DNA from: Spirochaetota bacterium
GTDB taxonomy: Bacteria > Spirochaetota > UBA4802 > JAFGDQ01
Length of the DNA: 64,000 nucleotides
Assembly: GCA_043803405.1 (NCBI GenBank)
Contig: JAZDKB010000036.1
Span: 1 to 64,000, forward strand
Direction of reading: 5' to 3'
Shown here: in pieces, positions 18,673-27,499 of the stretch
How positions within the stretch are numbered: the first letter of the stretch is position 1
How the letters are laid out: each line of letters begins with the position of its first letter
Position numbers and translations under genes: made by a program
The notes under the pieces: model-generated
Seen by the model: only the letters and a program-made list of their open reading frames with translations
Database searches by the model: none
Told to the model about the DNA's origin: nothing

Positions 18673-18885
18673 TCACTTCCGGTTGATTTCGATATTTCCC
18701 CTGCGGCCGCTACTGGAGACTGCGAGCATAATGCCAATACCGATCGCGATAACGACTCCGATCAAAGTCCATGTCGCACCGATGACGGCCAGAACACCCA
18801 ATTTCCAGAGCGCAGCGAGAATGCCACCGATCAAAATAACGTAACCAATAAGATAAATAACAGTCCATTTCATGATAGTCCTCAA
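18673..18885 (-). CDS. Small two-TM membrane protein
   Basis: Hydrophobic ORF; GAGGA RBS before MKWTVIY. Confidence 0.65.
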   Translation of the reverse strand: MRTIMKWTVIYLIGYVILIGGILAALWKLGVLAVIGATWTLIGVVIAIGIGIMLAVSSSGRRGNIEINRK

Positions 18886-18996
18886 TTAATGAAATCAAAA
18901 TTTTAATTCTTCTTCTGTTCATTTCCCACATTAAATAACTGGAATACCCGACTCTTCATAATTCTGTTATAGAATTTTTAGCCTTTTCAATAAGAC

Positions 18997-20060
18997 CTAA
19001 ATAATCGATTTCAAAATAATTTCAACGCTTTTGCTGATCGTCTCAGCAGATTTTCGTAAAGCTTCCACTTCGATATCGTCGAGTTTAGGCATCAGTACAC
19101 GTTCTACGCCGCCTCTGCCAAGTACACTGGGAAGCAAAATGGTAGTTTCTCCCATGCCGTATATATTCTGAACCACGCTCAACACAAGAAGTACGCGATG
19201 CTCATCGCGTAAAATCGCATTCGTAATCTGTACAAGCGAAGCCCTATCGCATAAAAGGTAGCCCCCTTCCGGATAATGATTTCGTATGCAGCATGTTTCA
19301 CTTCTTCAAAAAAAACCCGGAAATGATCCTTTCTATCCGTTTTTAAAGAGCATGTATTGCAATATTCACGTATCGGTACACCGCCTATGCTAACAAGGCT
19401 CCACACCGCGACCTCAAAATCTCCGTGTTCACCGATTATCATAGCGTGTATGTTTCTCGCGTCTACACCGCAATGCCCTGAAAGAATAGAACGCAGTCTG
19501 GCGCTGTCAAGAACTGTTTCAGAATCGATAACGCGTCCTGCAGGCAGGCCGGAAATTTTCCAGGCAATATGCGTAAGCACATCCACAGGATTAGATACTA
19601 TTAAAAGCACTCCGCTAAAGCTGGACTTCGTAACCAAAGGAACAATGCCTTTCAATATCTCAGCGTTTCTGCCCGCAAGCGCGAGTCTTGACTCTCCTGG
19701 CTTTTGCTTTGCGCCTACAGTTATAACAACAATGTCCGCGTTCGCGCATTCCGGGTAATCGCTCATAATTGCCAGAAATATCTGCACGACAATCCGTTCG
19801 GTATCACTTGGGGAAAGTTCTGTGGTTTTAATTAAGGAAAGAATTTTTTTAATTGTGAATGTTTCGGTAGCAGATTGACGGATTCCACTATTTCTGAGGG
19901 GAATTCCATTTCTAAGCCAGTCCGACACAACAACCAGGGCATCATCCCTGTTGCTTTCACCGGTTGATTTTGCTGTTAATTTTTGTCCGCTTATCGGATC
20001 GGTGAGTTCAGCGTAAAAAATGCTGTTTCTTCTGTGAAGATAATACTTTTTTCGACGCAT
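18997..20060 (-). pseudogene. Chimeric pseudogene: tyrosine-integrase N-terminal fragment fused in frame to N-terminally truncated, frameshifted L-lactate dehydrogenase
   Basis: First ~95 aa are integrase-arm-like (YYLHRR..IFYAEL..KLTAKSTG..DAL.VV..WL.NGIP); then LDH motifs GAKQKPGESRL, SNPVD, LDSAR, GEHGD, KGAT.YAIG; C-terminus in another frame (18997-19185). Confidence 0.75.
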
Positions 20061-20187
20061 TTCCTTTTCCTTGGAAAACAGTTTTTCTCATTCTGTTTTC
20101 TCATAGTTGAATTAGGAAAAGCGCCGATTCTTTCGGTAGCTTTCCGTTTTTTGCCGAAAACCCTGTAAAAATCAAGGTATTCTGATG

Positions 20188-20261
20188 CGCGTCCAGCAGG
20201 AGTTGAACCTGCAACCAACGGATTCGTAGTCCGGTACTCTATCCAATTGAGCTATGGACGC
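20188..20261 (-). tRNA. tRNA-Arg(ACG)
   Basis: Acceptor GCGTCCA/TGGACGC, anticodon loop CT-ACG-AA, T-loop TTCAACT; CCA not encoded. Confidence 0.95.
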
Positions 20262-20272
20262 ATTGTTAAAAT

Positions 20273-20746
20273 TTACAGCTTGATTAAATCTGCGTATTTC
20301 TGAAAAATTTTTATATTGAACGGCTTTCCTTTCAATACTGACCAGGCTGCGATCAGGCTTATTATAATATAAGCAAGATAAAAAACATAAATTGAAATTA
20401 CGATCCCCAGCCTGAACCCGCGCCATTCAACCGGGCTGTATATATTGATCAGGTTCAGAATGACCGCCGTGACAACAAAGATAACCGAAAGAAAGAAACC
20501 CTGTTTTGCATGAAGACCGCAGAACGGATTATCCTTTTTCATAGTGAGCGGCAAAATCCAGCCGAACAGCGGTATGTAGGAAAACGATGCGAACCTCAAA
20601 TAGTTTAATCCCTTAAAATCTTTTATTAATTTTTTAATATATTCAAGATATTTATAATAATACTCGGAATACTTTATCGATTTAAGATAATAAACTAATT
20701 GTTTAACTTTCTTTACAATATTGCTGCAAGCTATGGCGTAGTCCAC
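20273..20746 (-). CDS. Membrane protein (DUF4870-like)
   Basis: SYIPLFGWI.P...KDN.F..HAKQG, three TM segments; start uncertain. Confidence 0.65.
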   Translation of the reverse strand: MDYAIACSNIVKKVKQLVYYLKSIKYSEYYYKYLEYIKKLIKDFKGLNYLRFASFSYIPLFGWILPLTMKKDNPFCGLHAKQGFFLSVIFVVTAVILNLINIYSPVEWRGFRLGIVISIYVFYLAYIIISLIAAWSVLKGKPFNIKIFQKYADLIKL

Positions 20747-20760
20747 ACAAAAATCCTATA

Positions 20761-20846
20761 CGGAGAGGAAGGGATTCGAACCCTTGGTACCATTACAGTA
20801 CAACGGTTTAGCAAACCGTCCCCTTCGGCCTCTCGGGCACCTCTCC
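20761..20846 (-). tRNA. tRNA-Ser(GCT)
   Basis: GGAGAGG acceptor, ACGGT-TT-GCT-AA-ACCGT, long variable arm, TTCGAAT. Confidence 0.95.
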
Positions 20847-20864
20847 ATGAATAAAGATGTAACT

Positions 20865-20948
20865 CGGAGAGTGAGGGATTCGAACCCCCGGGGCTATTAA
20901 CCCAACGGTTTTCAAGACCGCCTCTATAGACCACTCAGACAACTCTCC
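20865..20948 (-). tRNA. tRNA-Ser(TGA)
   Basis: GGAGAGT acceptor, GCGGT-CT-TGA-AA-ACCGT, variable arm, TTCGAAT. Confidence 0.95.
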
Positions 20949-21071
20949 GCCATTAAAGTTATAAAAGTTGCTTAATCTGTCAAACAAAAAATTGACAATG
21001 GCATTTTTATGATGAATAAAATGTGTGTTGACTCATTAATTGACCTGAATTAGATTGATTTTACTGTGCAT

Positions 21072-21163
21072 GGATATATCATTAATCATTTATAATTTTC
21101 TGCGGAACTCGGCCTACGGCCTCAGACAGTCCTCTAAAATTATAAATGATTAATAATATATCC
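21072..21163. repeat. Long hairpin with conserved core TTTTCTGCGGAACTCGG..CTCARACAGTCCTC
   Basis: 28-bp stem with one mismatch; same core at 53611-53660. Confidence 0.65.
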
Positions 21164-21232
21164 GAACATCATATATTACCTTACCGGGTTTTGGAACGCC
21201 CAGCTAATTAAATAAACCTAAAGGTTCTGTTA

Positions 21233-22531
21233 ATGATAAAAGTAAAATATTTAAAAGAAATAGATAAGAAAGAACTGGATAAGCTCTTCAACCGTTTCGG
21301 AGAGGATTTAAGCAATATTCTGCAAAAAACAGTTATTCCTATAATTAACGATGTTAAAGCTAACGGCGACAGGGCTGTTCGGAAATACAATGAGAAGTTC
21401 GACGGGATTAAGCCCGGCAGTCTTCTAGCAACCGCGGAAGACATTGAAGAAGGCTACAGAAAAGCCGACCCTGATATATTAAACGCGTTCATGAACGCTA
21501 AGGTGAACATAGAGGAGTTCCATGTGCACCAGCGGAGGGAGATGATACGCTATACGCGTGCTGACGGTACTGAACTTGGCGTAATGTTCCAGCCGATCGA
21601 GAGAGCGGCCATCTACGCTCCGGGAGGTAAGGCGTCGTATCCTTCGTCCGTGCTTATGGGAGCGATCCCTGCGAAGATCGCGGGCACTAAAGAGATCACT
21701 CTTGTAACTCCGCCGGATAAAAACGGACGCGTGTCGGACATCATTCTCGGGATATGCAGAATACTCAGTATAAATAAAATAGTTAAAGCAGGCGGGGCGC
21801 ACGGCATTGCTGCCGCGGGCCTGGGCACTGAAAGCGTGCAGAAGTCCGACATAATAGTGGGGCCGGGCAACATTTACGTAACAGCAGCAAAGGCGCATCT
21901 CTTTAGCCTGGGCGCTGTGCAGATTGACGGGCTTGCCGGCCCGAGCGAAGTGCTGATCATTGCTGACGAAAGCGCAGACCCGGACTGGGTCGCGTTCGAC
22001 CTTCTTTCACAGGCCGAGCACGAAGAGCGGGCTTTCCCTGTACTTGTAACGACGTCCGAAGCCTTTGCGCAGAAAGTCGCAAAAGCAATTGCAAAGGACA
22101 TTGACGCTAAAACAGGCAGGCATAATATTAAAAAGACCTCTGTTGAGAATAACGGGCTTATTATAATAGCAGATTCGATTGATGAAGCGATCGGGTTCTC
22201 GAATGCTTTCGCTCCGGAACATGCGGAGCTCATTGTAAAGCAGCCTATGGATTATCTGGACAGGATAAAAAACACTGGCTCCCTTTTTCTCGGCAGCTAC
22301 GCGCCTGTTGCTGCGGGCGATTATTATACAGGTACAAATCATATACTTCCGACCGGGGGCGCGTGCAGGTTCTCGTCCGGGCTTTCCGTAGAGACCTTTA
22401 TGCGAAGGACTACGTTCCAGTATCTTACAAAGGACGCTCTGGAAATGGCACGCGGGCCTATAGGCAAAATGTCGAAAGCTGAGGGATTTGACGACAAGCA
22501 CGGCGGGTCGGTTGAGATACGTTTTAAATAG
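21233..22531 (+). CDS. hisD: Histidinol dehydrogenase
   Basis: YAPGGKASYPSS, IVGPGNIYV, AGPSEV, DLLSQAEH, APEH, GDY..GTNHILPT. Confidence 0.96.
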   Translation: MIKVKYLKEIDKKELDKLFNRFGEDLSNILQKTVIPIINDVKANGDRAVRKYNEKFDGIKPGSLLATAEDIEEGYRKADPDILNAFMNAKVNIEEFHVHQRREMIRYTRADGTELGVMFQPIERAAIYAPGGKASYPSSVLMGAIPAKIAGTKEITLVTPPDKNGRVSDIILGICRILSINKIVKAGGAHGIAAAGLGTESVQKSDIIVGPGNIYVTAAKAHLFSLGAVQIDGLAGPSEVLIIADESADPDWVAFDLLSQAEHEERAFPVLVTTSEAFAQKVAKAIAKDIDAKTGRHNIKKTSVENNGLIIIADSIDEAIGFSNAFAPEHAELIVKQPMDYLDRIKNTGSLFLGSYAPVAAGDYYTGTNHILPTGGACRFSSGLSVETFMRRTTFQYLTKDALEMARGPIGKMSKAEGFDDKHGGSVEIRFK

Positions 22532-22577
22532 AGCGAATATTTCAGATTTTTCTTCTGCTTTTAACAGGAGCTTTCAG

Positions 22578-23723
22578 TTGAGTTTTAAAACAATATCCTG
22601 CTATTTTGCTTCAGTACTGCTCGTTTGCTGCTTTTATGCAAATGCTTATGCAGCAATGTCCGATAAAGAATATTTCAGCAGGATAAGTGAGCTTGCGGAA
22701 AAGGGAAAGGCCGATGAGCTGGCAAAGTCTGCGCAGAATTTTTTCAAAGAACATCCGGAGAGCGGCTTAATCGCGGATGTGCGGCTTATACTCGCAGAAA
22801 ACGAGCAGGATGCAGGGAAGGCGTTGCTGCAATACCGTACTCTTGTGGATAAGTACCGCTATTTTAAGAAGCGCGACCTTGCGCAGTACAAGATATGCGC
22901 CATACTTTATCTGCAGTCGAAATGGAGCGCGCTGAAAACCGAGGCGCAAAAGGGTGCAGAGCTATTTAAGGAAAGCGGGTACTTTGTGCAGTACAGGATA
23001 TTTCTTGCAAAGGCGTACATACATCTGGAGCAGTTCGATGCGGCAAAAAAAGTGTGCCTTGAAATAACTAAAATGAACCATGATTACAATATCCTGTCCG
23101 AAACTCTCATTTTATTATCCTACACAAATAAAAATATATACGGACTTTCGAGAAGCTACCTGTACAGCCTTAACGAAATTATTACAGGATTCAAAAACTC
23201 CAGCAGCATGCCTGCCGCGCTTGTTCTGCTGGGCAGGTATTACAAATCCAAAGGCGAATACAACAAAGCGTTCTCCGCGTTTTCGGATGTTACGGCGAAA
23301 TTCCCGAGATCGCCCGAAGCTGAATTTGCGAATACAGAGATCGCCTCAATTGAACAGCACAGGCCTGTAAAGACGAATTATATGCCGGACAAAGAAATGA
23401 TAAGTAAAACCGACAGTATCGACATCCACCCGGAGATGGATGACGAGAACGCGAACCCCGCGGACGGGATACAGTACTCGATCTCACTCGGCCCGTTCGA
23501 TAAGATCGGCGGAGCAAGGGAAATAAAGAACCTGGTCGGCAAGGATTTTCAGCCTGTGGAAATAGCGCAGACGAGGAACGGGTATGTTGTTTACGCTGGC
23601 AGATTCGCGGAGCCGGACGCTGCCATAAAAACAAAGATACGGCTTGCCGAGGAGTTCGGGATGAACGGCACAATAGTTAAACTTGTAAAGGATACAAACA
23701 AATTATATATTTATGAAGAATGA
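22578..23723 (+). CDS. Exported TPR-repeat protein with C-terminal SPOR-like domain
   Basis: TTG start after AGGAG, signal peptide, TPR/BamD-like motifs (FP.SPEA), YSISLGPF..YVVYAGRF. Confidence 0.7.
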   Translation: MSFKTISCYFASVLLVCCFYANAYAAMSDKEYFSRISELAEKGKADELAKSAQNFFKEHPESGLIADVRLILAENEQDAGKALLQYRTLVDKYRYFKKRDLAQYKICAILYLQSKWSALKTEAQKGAELFKESGYFVQYRIFLAKAYIHLEQFDAAKKVCLEITKMNHDYNILSETLILLSYTNKNIYGLSRSYLYSLNEIITGFKNSSSMPAALVLLGRYYKSKGEYNKAFSAFSDVTAKFPRSPEAEFANTEIASIEQHRPVKTNYMPDKEMISKTDSIDIHPEMDDENANPADGIQYSISLGPFDKIGGAREIKNLVGKDFQPVEIAQTRNGYVVYAGRFAEPDAAIKTKIRLAEEFGMNGTIVKLVKDTNKLYIYEE

Positions 23724-26310
23724 TGTGGACACAAAGCTGACGCCGATGATGAAGCAGTATCTCTCGATAAAGAGGGAGCATCCGGACGAGATACTCTTCT
23801 TCCGGCTCGGCGACTTTTACGAAATGTTCCTTGAAGACGCGAAGACTGCTTCGCGGATACTCGACATTGCGCTCACATCGAGGCAGGATAACCCGATGTG
23901 CGGCGTGCCGTTCCACGCCGCGGAGAGCTACATATCGCGCCTCATTAAAGCAGGCTTCCGCGTCGCAATATGCGAGCAGATGGAGCCTGTAGCGTCCAAC
24001 GGCAATATCGTTAAGCGCGAAGTGATACGGATAATCACGCCCGGCACTGTTGTTGAATCTAACCTGCTGCAATCGGACGACAACAATTTTCTAGCGTCCA
24101 TTGTGCTTGGCAAGGACAAGATAAGCCTTGCATTTATCGACGTGTCCACTGGCGACTTTACGCTTTCGCTCATTGACCCTTCTATTGACGTGTTCAGGGG
24201 CGAGATCGCGAAGTTCAGCCCAAGGGAAGCTCTTATAAAGAATAAAAATAATTCCGCGTACGCGCTTTTTGCAAGGTACATCGAGAATACAGGCATCCCT
24301 GTAACCAGGATCAGCGACTGGTTTTACGATACGGATTACTGCAGGGATACTATCAGGGGGATATTCAACCTCGCGGGTCTTGAAGGCCTCGGCATTAAAT
24401 CGGACATCGAGATAATGGCTGCAGGCTCAATACTGCAGTATTTAAAAGATGCGCACAGAAAGGCTCTCGGACATCTTAAAATGCCGAGAAGAACATCATC
24501 ATCGAAATATATGGCTCTGGATGATGCCACTATAAAGAACCTTGAGCTGGTGCAGAACCAGGACATGTCCAAAAACAGGACGCTCTTTTCCGTGCTCAAT
24601 TTTACAAAAACAGCCATGGGCAGAAGAGCGCTGGAGAGAAATATTCTGCATCCTCTTCTGGAGCAACAGGAGATAGAGAACAGGCTGGATATTGTTGAGC
24701 ATTTCGTTAAGCAGAGCAGCCTTACAGGCGAAGTGCAGTCAATGCTGAAAAATATTCATGATATTGAACGGCTTATATCGAGATTCGCACTTTGGAAATC
24801 GTTCCCGCGCGACTACATTGCGCTAATGCAGTCTATAAACGCCGCAGCAGTCATCAAAAATATTTTGCAGAAGGAATCCTTTGATCCTGTCGCAAAACTG
24901 TCACAGGAGATCCCGGACATGTCCGTACTTTCGGAAAGGATCGCGCAGACAATTGCTGACGAGCCGGCAATGTCGCCCGAACACGGCAGGGTCATCAGGA
25001 CAGGCTTTAATGCAGAGCTCGATCATTTATATGAGTTAAAGAAGGACGCCAAAACGTGGATACTGGAATACCAGGAGGAAGAGAAAAAGAAGCTCGGCAT
25101 TCCTACATTAAAGGTTAAGTACAACAGGATACACGGGTATTTTATCGAGGTGAGCAAAGGGCAGTCGGTAAAAGTTCCGGATGATTATTACAGAAAGCAG
25201 ACGCTGGTTGGCTCCGAGCGATACACGACAAAGGCGCTTCAGGATTTCGAGTCCGAGATACTCTCATCCGCAGACAGGATCATAGAGATAGAGAACGAAG
25301 AGATCGCAAAATTACTGTCCGATGTAATAGCCAGCAAAAACGACCTGCAGGCAATGGCCTCTGCAACAGGAGAGACCGACTATTACGCATCGCTTGCAGT
25401 ATCCGCGATCGAGAACAAATTCATACGGCCGCGTTTTAACGGCGACGGCGCAATGGCGGTCGAAGCAGGCAGGCACCCTGTTGTTGAGAAGTATTACACG
25501 AACGAAGTATTCATTCCGAACGACATTAAGCTCGATAAATCCGAAAATATAATCAAGCTAATCACAGGCCCGAACATGTCCGGCAAGTCAACATACATAA
25601 GAATGGCGGCAGTGATACAGCTTATGGCGCAGACAGGTTCATTCGTGCCTGCAAAGGCGTGCGCTCTTTCGCTTGTTGACAGAATATTCACGCGCATTGG
25701 CGCGTCGGATAACATATCTCGCGGGGAATCCACTTTCCTTGTCGAGATGAACGAAACCGCAGTAATCCTTAACAACGCAACGGACAAAAGCCTTATCATA
25801 ATGGACGAGATCGGGAGGGGCACAAGCACGTACGACGGGCTCTCCATAGCGTGGGCAGTTACCGAATACATATTAAGATACCTGAGAGCAAAGACTTTGT
25901 TTGCAACGCATTATCACGAGCTTACGAAGCTTGGGGAGCAGAGGGGCGTGGTGAACTACAATGTGCTGGTTAAGGAGCGTCCCGACGGCGTGGACTTTCT
26001 TCACAAAGTCGCGCCCGGGGCTGCGGATAAATCGTACGGAATTCACGTGGCAGACCTTGCCGGCATTCCCAAAGAAATCACGTCCAACGCAAAAGCCATA
26101 CTCGGGAAGCTGGAGAAAGCGTCCGCGCGAAGCGCGTCCCAAAGTGCTTCGAAGAAAACGATCGAGAAAGACAATGCCAGGGAGCAGCTCGACATGTTCA
26201 ATGCCTCGAATCATCTTCTTGTGCAGGCTATTAACAATATCGACCTCAACAATCTTACTCCGCTGGAAGCAATAAACGAACTGAACAGGCTTAAGAAGCT
26301 GATTGAATGA
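23713..26310 (+). CDS. mutS: DNA mismatch repair protein MutS
   Basis: TPMMKQY, FFRLGDFYEMF, GPNMSGKSTY, STFLVEM, DEIGRGTST, ATHYHEL. Confidence 0.97.
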   Translation: MKNDVDTKLTPMMKQYLSIKREHPDEILFFRLGDFYEMFLEDAKTASRILDIALTSRQDNPMCGVPFHAAESYISRLIKAGFRVAICEQMEPVASNGNIVKREVIRIITPGTVVESNLLQSDDNNFLASIVLGKDKISLAFIDVSTGDFTLSLIDPSIDVFRGEIAKFSPREALIKNKNNSAYALFARYIENTGIPVTRISDWFYDTDYCRDTIRGIFNLAGLEGLGIKSDIEIMAAGSILQYLKDAHRKALGHLKMPRRTSSSKYMALDDATIKNLELVQNQDMSKNRTLFSVLNFTKTAMGRRALERNILHPLLEQQEIENRLDIVEHFVKQSSLTGEVQSMLKNIHDIERLISRFALWKSFPRDYIALMQSINAAAVIKNILQKESFDPVAKLSQEIPDMSVLSERIAQTIADEPAMSPEHGRVIRTGFNAELDHLYELKKDAKTWILEYQEEEKKKLGIPTLKVKYNRIHGYFIEVSKGQSVKVPDDYYRKQTLVGSERYTTKALQDFESEILSSADRIIEIENEEIAKLLSDVIASKNDLQAMASATGETDYYASLAVSAIENKFIRPRFNGDGAMAVEAGRHPVVEKYYTNEVFIPNDIKLDKSENIIKLITGPNMSGKSTYIRMAAVIQLMAQTGSFVPAKACALSLVDRIFTRIGASDNISRGESTFLVEMNETAVILNNATDKSLIIMDEIGRGTSTYDGLSIAWAVTEYILRYLRAKTLFATHYHELTKLGEQRGVVNYNVLVKERPDGVDFLHKVAPGAADKSYGIHVADLAGIPKEITSNAKAILGKLEKASARSASQSASKKTIEKDNAREQLDMFNASNHLLVQAINNIDLNNLTPLEAINELNRLKKLIE

Positions 26311-26364
26311 ACAGAACAAAATAATCCACAAATAAAATTCCCCGCGGCAAGCCCCTGTTTGCCC

Positions 26365-26614
26365 AGGGCTGCCTCATGCTAAGGTGAAGCCGATTGAATT
26401 TAGGGATTTAGGATGAAAATCCCCCTAACCCCCTTTAAAAAAAGGGGGTAAAAAGCTTTCAAACCTCCTTTAATAAAGGAGGTGGCGAGCGACAGGCACG
26501 GATGCCGAAGTGCCGGGCGCGGGCAGGACGCCCGTCTGCGACCGGCCGTAGCGAGCCGGAGGATTTAATCCGGAGCAGTAATTTCAGAAGTTATATTTAG
26601 CATAAGACAGCCCT
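26365..26614. repeat. MITE-like element copy 2
   Basis: Ends AGGGCTGCCTCATGCTAA / TTAGCATAAGACAGCCCT (16/18); internal CCCCCTTT..AAAGGGGG and CCTCCTTTA.TAAAGGAGG hairpins. Confidence 0.65.
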
Positions 26615-26626
26615 TGTTGGCCGGGT

Positions 26627-27355
26627 TCAATCCGTAAGCTTTCCCCTTAACGCAGACGCGTACATTCTGCCCACGGTCAGTGTAGTCTTTTCAGCATCTT
26701 TCAGGAATGCCATGTATTGCCCGCCTATCAGGTACTGCATGTGCGAAATATATTTCAAATTAACAATATACTGTTTATGAATCCTGAAAAATATATCAGC
26801 CGGCAGCTTCTGTCCCAGTGCCTTTAAAGACTGGGCAGTATTATACACTTTTGTTTTTGTATGTATAAGGGAATGTCTCCCCTCCGACGAAAGATAGATA
26901 ACATCGTCATACGAAATTAAAAAATGATTTTCGCCTTCTTTAAATGAAAGACCTATCCTGGTCACAGTGTTTGTATATGGCCCTTTATTTCTTATTACGG
27001 AAATGGCCTTGTCTATCGCGCTGTTAAATCTTTCCTGTGAAAACGGTTTTAAAAGGTAATCAACAGCCCCCAGTTCAAATGCCTTTATGGCGTATTCATC
27101 GTAAGCTGTTGTAAATATTACATAGGGGGGGTTCTCAAGCTTTTCCAGGACATCAATGCCCGACATTTGAGGCATATTTATATCCAGAAACACCAGGTCG
27201 TATTCTTTCCTTGAAAGCTTATCATAAGTCTCCTGGCCGTTTTTCGACCAGCCTTCCATTTTTAGCTCACTCCGTTTAAAGATATAATCCAGCAGCAAAT
27301 CCCTTGCAGGCTGCTCATCTTCAGCAATAAAAACAGAGAATACATCGTCTTCCAT
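26627..27355 (-). CDS. LytTR-family response regulator
   Basis: AEDE..AR, FLDINMP, IFTTAYDEYA, DYLLKPF, FFRIHKQYIVN. Confidence 0.94.
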   Translation of the reverse strand: MEDDVFSVFIAEDEQPARDLLLDYIFKRSELKMEGWSKNGQETYDKLSRKEYDLVFLDINMPQMSGIDVLEKLENPPYVIFTTAYDEYAIKAFELGAVDYLLKPFSQERFNSAIDKAISVIRNKGPYTNTVTRIGLSFKEGENHFLISYDDVIYLSSEGRHSLIHTKTKVYNTAQSLKALGQKLPADIFFRIHKQYIVNLKYISHMQYLIGGQYMAFLKDAEKTTLTVGRMYASALRGKLTD

Positions 27356-27499
27356 TTCTACATTATCTCCTTTGAGAAAAACAGAATTTCTGAATCTTTA
27401 TGCTGTATGTAATTATTCAACATGGCTGATATATTTTGAATAATGTGACATTTATTATTAAACTTAAGATGTTATTGCAAGTCAGCCATGTTAAATATT

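Noticed and set aside
19983..20934. Short ORFs overlapping the tRNA genes (19991-20218, 20172-20426, 20731-20934)
   Set aside because: Translations of tRNA sequence; no coding features
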